Below, piece by piece: positions 10,172-21,397 of a stretch of DNA of 46,657 nucleotides. The notes beneath the pieces were generated by a model. The model worked only from the letters and a program-made list of their open reading frames with translations, was not told the origin of the DNA and searched no databases. Positions within the stretch are counted from its first letter, which is position 1; every line of letters starts with the position of its first letter. Made by a program: the position numbers and the translations under genes. Origin of the DNA: an uncultured Candidatus Peribacteria bacterium. GTDB lineage: Bacteria > Patescibacteriota > Gracilibacteria > BD1-5 > JAGOOR01. Location: contig CAZVRL010000004.1 of the NCBI GenBank assembly GCA_964630285.1, positions 1-46,657 on the forward strand. The letters run 5' to 3'.

Positions 10172-11026
10172 TTGATTCTCAGGAGTTTCCTATATTCTCT
10201 CGCTATGAAAAAAGGAATACTTTGGCATATCTATCATACCCCTGTTCTCTTTCCTATTCTTCTGATATTCCGAAGTAGATTTTTTTCTCGGACAATGGGA
10301 TGGATTTTTCGGAGTTCATTTTCGAGATTACTTATCAGGACACTCTCTTCACTCTATCATATTTCACTTGATTCGTATATTGTGCCTGAGGGATGATTTC
10401 AGACACTCAATGAGTTTTTTATTCGTCATAAAAAACCTGAATTTATCTGTTTCCCAGAAAGTGGTTCTCTCGGAAGTCCTGCCGATGCGTGTGTAGAAAT
10501 TTTTCCTGATATCAAAGTTTCTGATGATTTTTCTGTCAAATGATACAAAGCAAAACTCTCAGATATATTCTGACCAGATATAGGAGATTTTGAGCATGGA
10601 GATGTGTGTTTTTGTCGTCTGCGATTCTCGGATTATCATCGTTTTCATTTCTTTGATGATGGAGAAGTTGTCGCTTCTCGTGGTCGTGATGGGCCACTGT
10701 ATTCCGTTGATCAGAGCGTTCTCGACACGGGTTTATGGATACAGAATAAATCTCATCTCATGAGACTGCAGACCAAACATTTTGGTGAGGTATTGTGGCT
10801 CGAGGTTGGTGCGACCAATGTTGGCTGTATCACGAATCATAAAAAAATGTGAGAGGCTTTCTCTCGAGGGGGAGAGAAGTGATATTTTGAACTCGGTGGT
10901 TCAGCGATTCTTCTCGTTTTTCAAAAAGATATGATTCAATGGTCGGATACTCTTCTCCAAAAAAGCCTTCTAAAAGAAGAGCTTGAAGTGACTGTTGGAG
11001 AAGTGTTCGGACAGAGGAAGAATTAA
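10172..11026 (+). CDS. psd: Phosphatidylserine decarboxylase proenzyme
   Basis: FQTLNEFFIR, SPADA, VK-TGA-Y, DYHRFH, VGATNVG, GEK-TGA-YFELGGSA (cleavage-site motif). TTG start at 10172 or ATG at 10205. Confidence 0.85.
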
Positions 11027-11571
11027 TACCAGCATTCTTTCCATCCTATTTTGTAGGCACAAGTATTTGTAAAAAGGCTCAACACTGGCCCGATGATGAG
11101 GAGAAAAATATACTCTACTATTCCACCATTGTAGTATGGCAGCATGAAAATAATAGCTCCCAGCATATAATCGATACCATCCCATGGTTGAAACATAGTT
11201 CCTGGTTTGATGCCGAGACGACGCTTAAAAAAACTCTTTACCATATCCCCCACGAGTGCACCGAGCCCGAGCCATCCTCCGAGAAACATCGCACCAGTCC
11301 AGCTCGAATAGAGGTTGAAATAATCGCTATAGAGAGGAAGTATTCCTACGAGAATACCTCTGATCAGAAATAGAAAAAGTCCGAGCATCATTCCTGCAAG
11401 GACTCATGTGATGAGACCTCTCACTGTTTTATTTTTCCCGAGCCACTCTGCATGTACTGGTCGTGAAAAACGTCTGATGTAGGGGATATTTTTCGCAACT
11501 ACTGGTACTGCGTTGGCGACAAAAGCAGGTGAAAATATCAGAAAAATCTGCAGGAGATTAGCGAAGAACAT
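11023..11571 (-). CDS. CDP-archaeol synthase (CarS/DUF46) family protein, probable CDP-lipid synthase
   Basis: SPAFVANAVPVV, LGKNKTVRG, GDMVKSFFKRRLGIKPG, PWDGIDY. One in-frame TGA. The start is uncertain (ATG 11571, or upstream at 11664). Confidence 0.65.
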
Positions 11572-12223
11572 AATGCGGAATAAGAAGGGTCGTGATAGAG
11601 ACGAGTATATAGCTGAGAGTGAGTACTGCTTGCGCGAGACCGAGAGCAAAGAGGTCACCACCATAGATCCAAGGGAGCACCAAGCATCCTGCGAGGAGAG
11701 TAAACATATTTTTCCTTACCCATTCTGTTTTCATCACGTGCATACAAGGGATATGAGATATAGTGAGAAATGCTATCATCCCTATCGCGAGCATGAGAAT
11801 AGATGGTGTTGGTTGGACAATGAGGATTCAGAAAACTCCTACTGCTGACGCAGGTGAAGGAAGGCCGAGGAAATAATCTCTCGTGTCTTGTTTTTGGATT
11901 GTGAATCGTGCGAGACGATAGAAAATCGCACAGATATAGAGTGCAGAGAGGCCCATACTGCCCGTGAGAGTCCATATCCAGAGTGCTGGATGGAGGCCAA
12001 AATTTATAAAATCGGCGATATCATCGAGATAGGGTCCTGCTTTCGTACTTCCAAATTTTCTTGCCGCTTTCCCATCGAGTGCGTCAGTGATGAGTGCTCC
12101 GAGAAGTAATACTTCTGACCAAAACCATGATGGGCCAGTTGCTGTCATGGTGCAGGCAATAATTCATAGAAGTATTCCTGTACCAGTGATAGCGTTGGCT
12201 ATATTTTTTTTGAAAAAGGACAT
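11558..12223 (-). CDS. pssA: CDP-alcohol phosphatidyltransferase, phosphatidylserine-synthase type
   Basis: DALDGKAARKFGSTKAGPYLDDIADFINFG (DGxxAR...G...D...D). Merged across two TGA from ATG 12223. Confidence 0.8.
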
Positions 12224-12224
12224 A

Positions 12225-12785
12225 TTAGCGTCGTATAAAATGATACCATTTGTGATAGAGAGGGCTCGCAAAAATCAGACCTATCCATATCAATCCAGCT
12301 ATGAGTGATGTGATGAGAAATTGATCTATCACTGTATGTGCACCATCCATCAAAAAACGAAATCCTACCAGTCCTCCTGAGAGTCCGAGAGCATACCAAT
12401 AATCCACAGGGAAGCCTGCTATCCATTCTGAGTCTGTGTACCACGGGATGTGTTCTTGCCTAAATTTTTTGTACGTGAAGTGCGGATTCATCACAAACCA
12501 GAGAAAATCCCAGTAGATAATGAGGAGGAGATGAAAAGCGAGTATCATCATCTCATCGATGATGCCAGACCAACCAAAGAAACCAATATAGACAATATGA
12601 TTGAGGAAGAGTATCATCAAAAATAAAATCGTGTGATACCCTGTAATACTCCGAAAAAATCCAAGTGATGATGTCCTATTTTTCCTCCATGTTGGGAGGT
12701 GTTTCGCCCATCAGTGTTCGCCCTCGATTTCTATTTCGAGGAGAGCGAGAAATATTCCAAAAACCAAAATGTAGAATGCAAACAT
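12225..12785 (-). CDS. Polytopic membrane protein, unknown function (186 aa)
   Basis: ATG at 12785, one in-frame TGA (EGEH-TGA-WAK), several hydrophobic spans. The stop abuts the pssA start. Confidence 0.55.
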
Positions 12786-12852
12786 ATCTCTATTATTCAG
12801 AAAAACTCACGTTTTCCAAAGCTACTGTCTATCTTTAGGACATTTTTATTTT

Positions 12853-13767
12853 TTAGCTGAGTATTTTCCCGATTTTTTTTGTTGCTCGGATAACGCTCTG
12901 GAGTATGAGTTCTGGTATCATGATACCACGTTTTATGATGTTTTCGTCGACATTCCAGAGCCATCGCGTGTCGACCATTTTGACGCCACCAACTTCTGTG
13001 ACAAATATGTTTTCTGTATGGAGGAACCATTGTCCCCAATGTTTCGGATCGCTGGTTGGTCTCGTGTCTGGTATTTTTCCTGTCTGAATGTAGCAGATAA
13101 GTATGAGGATACAGAGCAGATATATTTGCTTCAGTTCTTCCTCCGAAAAATCTTCTATCTTTTTTTCTGAAAGAGGAGATCCTTTTATGAATTCTTGAGC
13201 GATATAGGATGTTTTTTTGCCTTTATTTTCAGGAGACATAGAAACTCAGTACCCCATATATTCCCGTGGTAGGAAATTGTGAAGAGTTGGGAGTTTTTCA
13301 GAGAATCATTCAGTGAGTTTGATATCAAATCGTGCGATAAGTATATCACGAAATATATCTAGATTTGATCGCAATCATCTCTGGAATTGAGTGATGGACT
13401 CATACTCAGGATAATAGTCATACGTCGTATCAAAATATCCAAAGTATCGAACAAGTAGGAGGTATTCTTGATACTGTCTCCACGCTTCTTCTTTGGTAGG
13501 AAGAAATTTATAGGAAAAAGGACTCAGGAGTTTCTGGAGCGGTTGTCCGTGTATGTTTTTTGTTCCAAAGATGAGCGGTATATCGATATCCCAACGTCAT
13601 TCTTTTATCACCCACTCAGAATCTCTGACACGAAAAGCCCGCGAGAAAAATCATTTTCCCAGAAAATCACATGTGTGCTCTTCACATATTTCTCCAAAAT
13701 TTTTACTTTCACATTCATCCAGTGAGTGAATCTGATACGAGCGAAAGAGGAGTTCAAGAGGGGTCAT
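12853..13767 (-). CDS. Protein-kinase-like fold protein (304 aa)
   Basis: Translated codon by codon from ATG 13767. GKGFFSRAF...WVIKEG (Gly-loop plus VIK Lys), YIAQEFIKGSPL hinge-like segment, NIFVTEVGGVKMVDTRW. Seven in-frame TGA, no TAA/TAG. Confidence 0.5.
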
Positions 13768-13768
13768 A

Positions 13769-14842
13769 TTATTGGAGTATATCTTTGGTCTGTCCTATGT
13801 CGGTGAGCGCTTTCATCTTCGCTTCTCCAGAGAGGAGGCGAGGTTGCCCCAGGTTCTCTATGGTTATGGGATGGAGCTCTACTCGTGTGAGAGTTGTTGT
13901 GGCATTTTTCTCGAGAAAAATATGGAGAGCAAGGCCTGTCATCGTTTCAGGACTAAAATCCTGGTCGAAGACAAAATTCCCCAGAGAATAGAAGATATAT
14001 TTTCCTTTGTATGATTCAATTTTCTGTGTCCAATGCGGGTGTGCTCCTATCACCATATCCGCTCCAAAATCGATAGATGCTCTTGCAAAGTCTGCTTGTA
14101 ATGTTGTTGGTTCACGTGTGTATTCTTGGCCAGCATGCATGCTGACGACGACGTAATCTGCTTGTTCCCGGGCTCTTTTTATAGCCTTCTCTAGATTTTT
14201 TGTGTCTTGCATCCGTGCGATACGTTTACTCATTTTGGTACCATCATCATTGTACGAAGCATACGATGCTCAGAGAAATGCTATTTTGATACCATTTTTT
14301 TCGACTATTTCTGGTGCCCATGCTTGTTCTTGTGTATGACCAGTACCGACGAATCGTATCTTTCTGTCCGCGAGGAATTTTTCTGTTGTTGTGAGTCATG
14401 ATTCTCCCTGATCAAGAGCATGATTATTTGCCAGATTGAGGACTAAAAACCTCATTTCTGCGAGAGTATGAACGAGACTCGGTATAGCATTGAACACCAT
14501 CACCTTTTGGTATGAGTATACGTTGGTCCCGTTGGTGGGAGATTCGAGATTACCGAAATTGAAATCACTTTTTGCGAGAAAATCACCTATATTTTTCCAT
14601 ATCCATTGTGGGCTCCCTCATTTTTCTGCATGTCGAGCGACATTACGCGAGAGCATGATGTCTCACACAGCGATAAAATTGGCCTGTTTCACTTCTCATG
14701 AAATAGTTCTCGCGTTTGGATATGGTTGATAGAAATATGCCTTGTAGAACATCGAAAATACCGTGATGCTCATGAGAAAACCTATGAGTGTCAGCCCAAC
14801 AGACAGGAAAAAACGTACATCAAATGTTCGCTTGAAAAGCAT
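13769..14842 (-). CDS. CapA/PgsA-like metallophosphoesterase with N-terminal membrane anchor
   Basis: FIAV-TGA-DIMLSRNV, NFGNLESP, LNLANNHALD, VVVSMHAGQEY, IGAHPHW, YSLGNFVFDQ. ATG at 14842. Confidence 0.75.
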
Positions 14843-14978
14843 ATGCTCATAGTACTATTTTTTTACTTTTTACAAACAGACTCATGCAAAAAGGTCTCTC
14901 ATGATTTTTTTTGATAAAAAGTCAATAATTTGAGCATGAAAAATGCTCTTTTTATACTCGGAACCATATGTTTTTCTA

Positions 14979-14984
14979 TATACT
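14979..14984 (+). promoter_or_regulatory. -10 box TATACT ending 6 nt before ATG 14991 (leaderless geometry)
   Basis: Same TATACT-N6-ATG spacing as at 5308/5320 and 40599/40611. No convincing -35. Confidence 0.3.
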
Positions 14985-14990
14985 ATTTCT

Positions 14991-16157
14991 ATGAAATCTC
15001 TTCTTACCTCTCCAACACGTCAATTTATTACCAATATGGTGATAGTTTTGATTGCTGTCCTCACACTCTGGCTCACGTATCTACTCCGAGATCTGATAGG
15101 TTTATTTTTGATTTCGTGTTTCTTTGCTCTCCTCCTTTGACCATTTGTTGTGAAACTTCGTAAGTGGAAAATCCCTGATGTGCTCGGTATCTTGATTACT
15201 TTTTTTACTGTTTTTCTGGCGGTCTCTCTTTTCATTATCTCTATCATCCCTGTATTTGTCGGCTTAGCAGAGGATTCAAAATCATATGTTGTTCGATCCG
15301 TGACTGCCCTGGAAATAGAGGCTCGAGCTGGCTTCCCAGTTCTCGATAAGCTCCCACTCAATCTCGATGCTCTCATCCGCAAGCAGGTTGATATCCCACG
15401 TATTACGACATTTATCACTGATGAAAATCGTGCTCAGCTCCTCATGAATAATCTCGTAGGAAATATCGACACTATCAAAGAATTTGTACAAAAAGGAGCG
15501 AGCCAGTTTTCTACTGTGAGTCTCTCATTTGCTTCTGGTGTCACTTCAGCCGTGACAACATTTACACTCTTCCTCTTGCTGACATTTTTTATTATTCTTG
15601 AGAGAAAAGCATTTATTCATTGGTTTCTGACTATTATTCCATCGGATCTTGGGCACTATTTCCGCGGTCGTCAGCGCACTATCTCCAATGCGATTCATGC
15701 ATGGCTCCGAGGACAGCTCATCCTCGCAGGATTCATGTTTTCTATCAATCTTGTAGGCCTCTTCATCGCTCAACTTATAGGACTCCCAATCGATCATATT
15801 TTTTCTCTTGCTCTTATCGCTGGTGCTATGGAATTTGTACCATATCTCGGTCCTATTATTGCTTTTGTTCCTGCATTTTTGATGGTGCTCGTGAGTCCAG
15901 AAGTGAGCATCTGGGCGATAGCAGGAGTGATTGGTCTCTATGTGCTTTTCCAACAGCTCGAATGAAATGTCATGGTTCCTCTCGTGATGAGCCGCACTCT
16001 GAGTCTCTCTTCTCTCTATATTTTGATTGTGACACTCGTAGGAGCTGCTCTCGGAGGAGCTCTTGGTGTTATTCTCGCTATCCCACTCGCATCTATCCTT
16101 CACATCTTCTATACTGACTGGATGCACTATAGACATAGCGCTTCTTCTGGTGAATAG
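14991..16157 (+). CDS. AI-2E family transporter (PerM/TqsA, UPF0118)
   Basis: Three same-frame ORFs (14943, 15150, 15972). FALLL-TGA-PFV and the signature QQLE-TGA-NVMVPLVMS. Multi-pass membrane protein. Confidence 0.8.
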
Positions 16158-16159
16158 GT

Positions 16160-16861
16160 ATGTGGTCTGCCTGAAAAAATAGTTTGCAATGGGAAGGCAC
16201 AGGTAATGCTCTTTCTTTTTCTGTTTTTCAACCAGAGTATACACTCTTTCCTGGAGAGCTTCTTCTTGTTTCTGGAGGACAAAAAGAGGAATTGTGATAT
16301 GATCACTGGGTCCAGTGTTTTGCCAGGGATGATGAAATCAACCTCATCAAAGATACCCTTACTTCTCTTGAGAAAATACCTCGGCGTATTCACATTGCTG
16401 GTATTTCTACTGCAGAAAGTGTTTGACTCTTGGCTGAATATTATACTTCTCTCGGGTATGAAAATACTGTCTCGCATAGTTATATCCTGCCAGCAGATGT
16501 TCTCCTGACCGTGAGTATATCTCTGAGGCATTTGCTCTGGTGTGAAAAAGATAAAACATTTCTCCAGAAAAAAGATACAACAAATCATGCCTACTATGCA
16601 CTGGTTCCGCCACTTCGTACGCCTCGTGATTTACGGGCACTTCAGCAAGGTGTCAGAATGGGCATCATTCCTTGTGTTGATGTTTCGGAAGATGAAACAT
16701 TTCTCGCTCAACTTCTCGAAAAACAAATACTGACTCCTTTTCAGATGACACAGATTGTCTGACAAAATTGGCAAAAATATGGGTTTTCGGGGAATGAAGA
16801 ATCTTGTTCTATAGAACTTCCTGATTTTTCTGATGAAGCTCAAGATGAACTCCTGTTATAG
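16160..16861 (+). CDS. Degenerate, internally shortened dihydroorotase-like protein (233 aa; possible relic)
   Basis: RRIHIAGISTAESV (compare HiSt.sv), SLRHLLW (compare PHHL), VPPLRTPRDLRALQQG (compare NPPLR). The HxH, HIS and DHAPH catalytic positions are substituted. Frame is open with five TGA. Confidence 0.4.
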
Positions 16862-17056
16862 GAAAAAGTTTTTCTCGTATTCGGTATAAATCTCAGCGCG
16901 CATGTTGTAGAGTTCGGTATTGTGTACTTGATTTTTTTTACTGATTCAACGCGTTCGAATGAGAATAAAGAAGAAGAATATGCTTACAAGTATCAAGACG
17001 GCTGATACATCAATCCAGTACATTTTTTCCAAAAAGATGTCGAGAGAAGGTATCAT
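16856..17056 (-). CDS. Small single-pass membrane protein (66 aa)
   Basis: ATG at 17056, 3 nt below the sortase stop. The span VSAVLILVSIFFFFILI is hydrophobic. One TGA, then TAA at 16856-16858. Confidence 0.35.
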
Positions 17057-17059
17057 AGT

Positions 17060-17995
17060 TTAGAGAGTTTCAGTGGTATTTTTGAGCTCTGTGACGACGA
17101 GGAGACGATTGAGCGTAGTACCGAGAGGCCAACAGGTCATGAGCGTCATGCGCTTCATTGCATCGTCACCAGCGAGTGATGAGACGTGTCCAGGTTTTAC
17201 GATGATTTTTTCTTTGACGACATAGACAAATTTCTTTTGTTTGAAGAAAACAATGATTTCATCGCCTGTATCGAGTTCATTGAGGAGGGCAAAGACATCA
17301 TTATAATTTCCTTTCGCCCATGGGAAATTGGAACTATGTCCAAAGATAAAGCTATTCCCTGATTGTCCTGGATCAGCTGAACCGGGATATTTGATGATAC
17401 CATTTTCGAGCTCTTTCATAAATATCTTGTGCCATTCATTTGAAGAACTAGCATCGTGGTGCTCGACATTCACGAGAGGGATGTTTTTCCCAATTTTCGG
17501 GATAATGATTCGATCTTCGTAAGGTGCGATATTCACAGAGAGGCTGACGCGTGAGATATCTTGGTCAAAATATGACGCACCGAGTTCTGGCGTGTTTCCC
17601 TGGGTTTTCTCCATTTGTCTCTGCATCACACGTTTGCGGCGTTCTTCACGAGCGTCTTTCGCGCTGGTATGATTCGTGATTTCAGTGTTTGCGAGACCTC
17701 CTTCCATAGCTTGTTGTTCCTGCTCGAGTTGCTCTGGAGCGAGGATAGCGCGAGCAAAGGCGCTATACGCTGACCAATTGGAGAGGAGCAGGAGTATCAC
17801 AAAGAGCATGCTGGTAAGCAATACGAAGTGAATAATACTTCGGACGTTTTTGAGCCATTTATGTTTTTTTTCGATTTTTATCTCTTCTTTTTTCGCCCAA
17901 TCGATGACATCATGCGTTGTATCAAAGATTTCATGAATAATCTTTGTCGGTTCGTGAGTTGGTTTTTTCGGATGTATATCGTATATCAGTGGCAT
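17060..17995 (-). CDS. Sortase family transpeptidase with N-terminal membrane anchor
   Basis: IPKIGKNIPL, FIFGHSS, TLMTCWP (TLxTC), NRLLV (Arg). Uninterrupted ORF. Confidence 0.8.
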   Translation of the reverse strand: MPLIYDIHPKKPTHEPTKIIHEIFDTTHDVIDWAKKEEIKIEKKHKWLKNVRSIIHFVLLTSMLFVILLLLSNWSAYSAFARAILAPEQLEQEQQAMEGGLANTEITNHTSAKDAREERRKRVMQRQMEKTQGNTPELGASYFDQDISRVSLSVNIAPYEDRIIIPKIGKNIPLVNVEHHDASSSNEWHKIFMKELENGIIKYPGSADPGQSGNSFIFGHSSNFPWAKGNYNDVFALLNELDTGDEIIVFFKQKKFVYVVKEKIIVKPGHVSSLAGDDAMKRMTLMTCWPLGTTLNRLLVVTELKNTTETL

Positions 17996-18047
17996 ATACG
18001 ATTAGCGTACCATATCTTTTTTCTGATAGCAAAAATTTGATGCTTTT

Positions 18048-19586
18048 TTACCCTTGTTCGAGCTTCCAGGCGAGCTTTTTCCTGATACTGAGGATTCCCC
18101 AGGCGAGAACAGCTGTACCATAAACGATAAACATGCCTGAAAAGCCCACAAATGAGATAAGGGCGCCTCAGAAGATGAGTCCTATGGCATTGGCAAAGTT
18201 ATTGAGGATTTTCATTGGAGCGGCTGATACGTCGGCATTGATGACATTTGATTCTGTGACGCGGGCGTAGGATTTGTTGTATTCATCGGCAAAGATGGAT
18301 TGACTCATAGGGTATCCTGCAGCGTAACCAGTACTATTGAGCATACCGAGTCCTACGACGATAAAGAGTCCTATGAGGTTCTCAAAATTTCCTGCTATGG
18401 CGAGCCCAAAAAGTGCTATAGCTGAGAGATAAATACCCAGAGTGATAATGCTAAATTTACCATATGTATTTGATTGTTTGATCCAGAACATCTGGAGTGC
18501 ATAGGCTGGTATAGCGAGGACACCAATCAGTATGAAACCGCTTCGGATGATATTCTGTGCGCCGGAGTTTTTCAGGGCTTCATCGAGAAAAGTCACGAAA
18601 AATGTCGTCACAATCGTATCCCAACAACCGAAAAGCAAGATACATCCTGTAGACCAGAGGAGAATCGGTACAAAAGTGACCTTTTCAAAGACGAGACGGT
18701 AGAGCATCTTGTATTCGAGCTTGGTTTTGGTGATTATTTCGCCCCAATCGAGTTCTTTTGTGATTTCCTTTGGCTTCATGATGATGTAGTCCATCGAGCC
18801 TTTGAGCTTCTGGAAATCCATCGTACTGACCGTATTTTTGAAATAAGAAGCTGTATTCTCCTCGATATTTTTTGTTTTTTCGACGATATGCAGATTTTTG
18901 ACTGTTCAGAGATTGAAGACCTCGTGGGAATTATCGAAGTAGTTCTGAATAAAAAATCAGACACAGATGATGAGGAATATGAGGACAAAGAGAATCAATT
19001 GTGTCGAATCTGTACGGAGCGAAAGGATACCAATGGAGAGCAAGACACCCGTTACGGAACCTATACCCATGGCAATATTATTTTTTGAAAGAGCGGTATC
19101 GTATTCTGATGGGTCTGAGTGATTGAGGAGGTAGGATATAGTCGTAATATCGTACATTTCCTTTACTGTTCCATAGAGGATACCAACGAGGAGAAGAAGA
19201 ATAAAGTTTATCCCAGTACTCAAGAATGTGCGTGTGATTTCGATAATCCCGCCGCTAAAACTAAACCCTAATTCATCAGCCGTACGCACGAGGTAGAGAA
19301 ATATTATTGCTGCAACAACCATCAGCGCATTGGCTATGGCGAGCATAGTTTTTGATGCTACGTGTCGCTGTATGGTCCCGAGAGGGACATCGATAAGCAT
19401 CGACCAGATATTTCCTATACCCAAGAATATACCGACGAGGAGCGGAGAACCGACAATAAAACCAAAGAAAAATACACTGGTAAGATGGAAAATAATCCAA
19501 ATAGCACCATATACTCCTACGACATTGTAGAAATTTTTCAGGAGTTTTGCCTTCTCTGGCAGTTCAGGAGTGACAATCTGAGTCAT
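18048..19586 (-). CDS. MFS-like transporter (6+6 TM with a ~70-aa central loop)
   Basis: ORFs 18957..19586 and 18168..18821 are in one frame. The gaps were translated codon by codon (TGA only). TAA at 18048-18050. Confidence 0.55.
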
Positions 19587-19636
19587 ACTTTTACTCTATC
19601 ATATTTTTTTCTGAGACTCAAATATTTCACCTCTTT

Positions 19637-20341
19637 TTACTTGGCACCGTAGTTCAAGACCCAAATATTATCACATTGGCCGACTCATAACTCACGGAAT
19701 TCGGTTTGATACATATTTTTTCTGTGTCAGATACTTGTTGTCAGTTGATCGAGGAGTTCCATGATATTTTCCTGTCCGAGTCCGAGATTTTCTCCTCACC
19801 AGCTATACTCATAACCCCCACTCTTGTATCTTTCTTCAAGTGTACTTCCATTGAGAGTATGGGTAATTTCTCCTGTTTTACAGAGTTCAAGAGCATAGTT
19901 TTGTGCTATGGTATTGAGGGTTTCTGACTGTGTGAGACCTGAGAGAGAACGCTCTATTCTGCGACGACTATGTTCTTCTATGAGCAGATTTCGGATTTGT
20001 GTCAGAGAGAGATCTTTCTTGTGAGTTGTGAGGAGGCTTGCAGAGAAATAATTATCTTCACAGTAGTATCCTGTGAGGAGACTTTTTGTATGACAAAAAA
20101 GGTGTTCTAGATACGAAATCATATCTCGAAGGGGCTGACTGACGGTGCTACGAGTTTTGTAAATGGAGAGAGCTGTGCCTATTTTTGTGAGCGTTGCAAC
20201 TTGTTCTGTTGGTGTGAAAGGAGTGAGATAGCGAGCGCGATAGGTATCGTAGAGTGACTCTACTTTTACTTGAGTTGTGCCGCTGAGTGCCTGAGCTCAG
20301 ATAATCCAGAATATGCTCGTGAGGATGATGATGCGCTTCAT
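19637..20341 (-). CDS. Secreted CAP/SCP/PR-1 domain protein
   Basis: Signal peptide MKRIIILTSIFWII. YALELCKTGEITH, YSW-TGA-ENLGLG, TSI-TGA-HRKNMY, FRELGVG. Confidence 0.75.
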
Positions 20342-20393
20342 ACTTGGTAAAAAAGGAATTTTCCCTATAGTACTCTCTATAAAATTGTTTTCA

Positions 20394-21101
20394 ATGGCTC
20401 CACTTCCAATCTTCTTGACTCTCAAAAGCAAAAAACAACTCACACACGATGTGTATGAATTGGAATACTCTGCAGAAGGGGATATCTCTCTCCTCCCAGG
20501 ACAATTTCTCCTCTGTGATACTGCTGGAGATCCAAAACTTCGACGATCCTACTCTGTGAGTTGGGCACAGTGAAAGGAAGTGTTTTTTATTATCAAAAGG
20601 CTCCCAGAATGAAAAGGAGGAAGTATTGCTATATGCGATCAGGAAGTCGGACACACTATGCAGGTTTGGTGACCTCTTGGAAAATTTGTTCTCCAAGAAA
20701 CCACATGCCCAAAGGTCTTTATTGGTACAGGGACGGGTTTTGCTCCACTGTATTTTATGATGCGTAAACTTCAAACTTCAAACTTCAAACTTCAAACTTT
20801 TTTTCTTTTTGGTGTTCGAGAATTACGAGATGTATTCTACACTGAAGAACTTCAAAAATGGTCTCAGTTATGATGATTTGATTACGAGATTTATTGTTCT
20901 CGAGAAAATACAGCATTACCACCAAAACATACCCTTGGTCGTGTGACGGAATATCTCACGCACGAAGCAGTCCATCATCTCAATAAAAATAGTGACACAG
21001 AATTTTATATCTGTTGAAGCCCCGCTATGGTGGCAGAAGTTCGTTCTATGCTCGAACTCTACGGTGTCGCAGAGGAGAAGGTATTTTTTGAACAGTATTA
21101 A
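20394..21101 (+). CDS. FAD/NAD(P)-binding oxidoreductase, ferredoxin-NADP reductase family
   Basis: RRSYSV (RxYS), VW-TGA-PLGKF, IGTGTGFAPL, YIC-TGA-SPAMV. Contains the heptamer repeat. Confidence 0.75.
20766..20799 (+). repeat. Heptanucleotide tandem repeat (AAACTTC) x4 plus a partial unit, inside the reductase CDS
   Basis: Read directly: AAACTTC at 20766, 20773, 20780 and 20787, then AAACTT. Two further copies lie at 26795-26808. Confidence 0.9.
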
Positions 21102-21341
21102 TTAGGCTCTCTGTCCAGCGTTTTCGATGATAAAATGCACTTTTCCAGGAAAATCTCTCTGAGTATGGGCTACAGACTCTATCCAGTTTTGTGTAGCAAG
21201 ACGATCAACGTGTATTGTTCTTGTGTCTCATTCTGGAACCACTGACCAAGTTCATGGATAGCTTTGAGTTTCCCTGCCTGTTTCTGTGATTTCTGCGAAT
21301 GCTCAGTTAAGAGTTTCATCAAGCGATGCTATATGAACCAT
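21102..21341 (-). CDS. Hypothetical small protein (79 aa)
   Basis: 80 codons from ATG 21341 to TAA 21102-21104 with three in-frame TGA. Lies downstream of rnj. No recognisable motif. Confidence 0.3.
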
Positions 21342-21397
21342 AATAGAAATATTAAAAATACTTCTATTTATGTTAGTCTTTATATTTTTTTGTCAAT

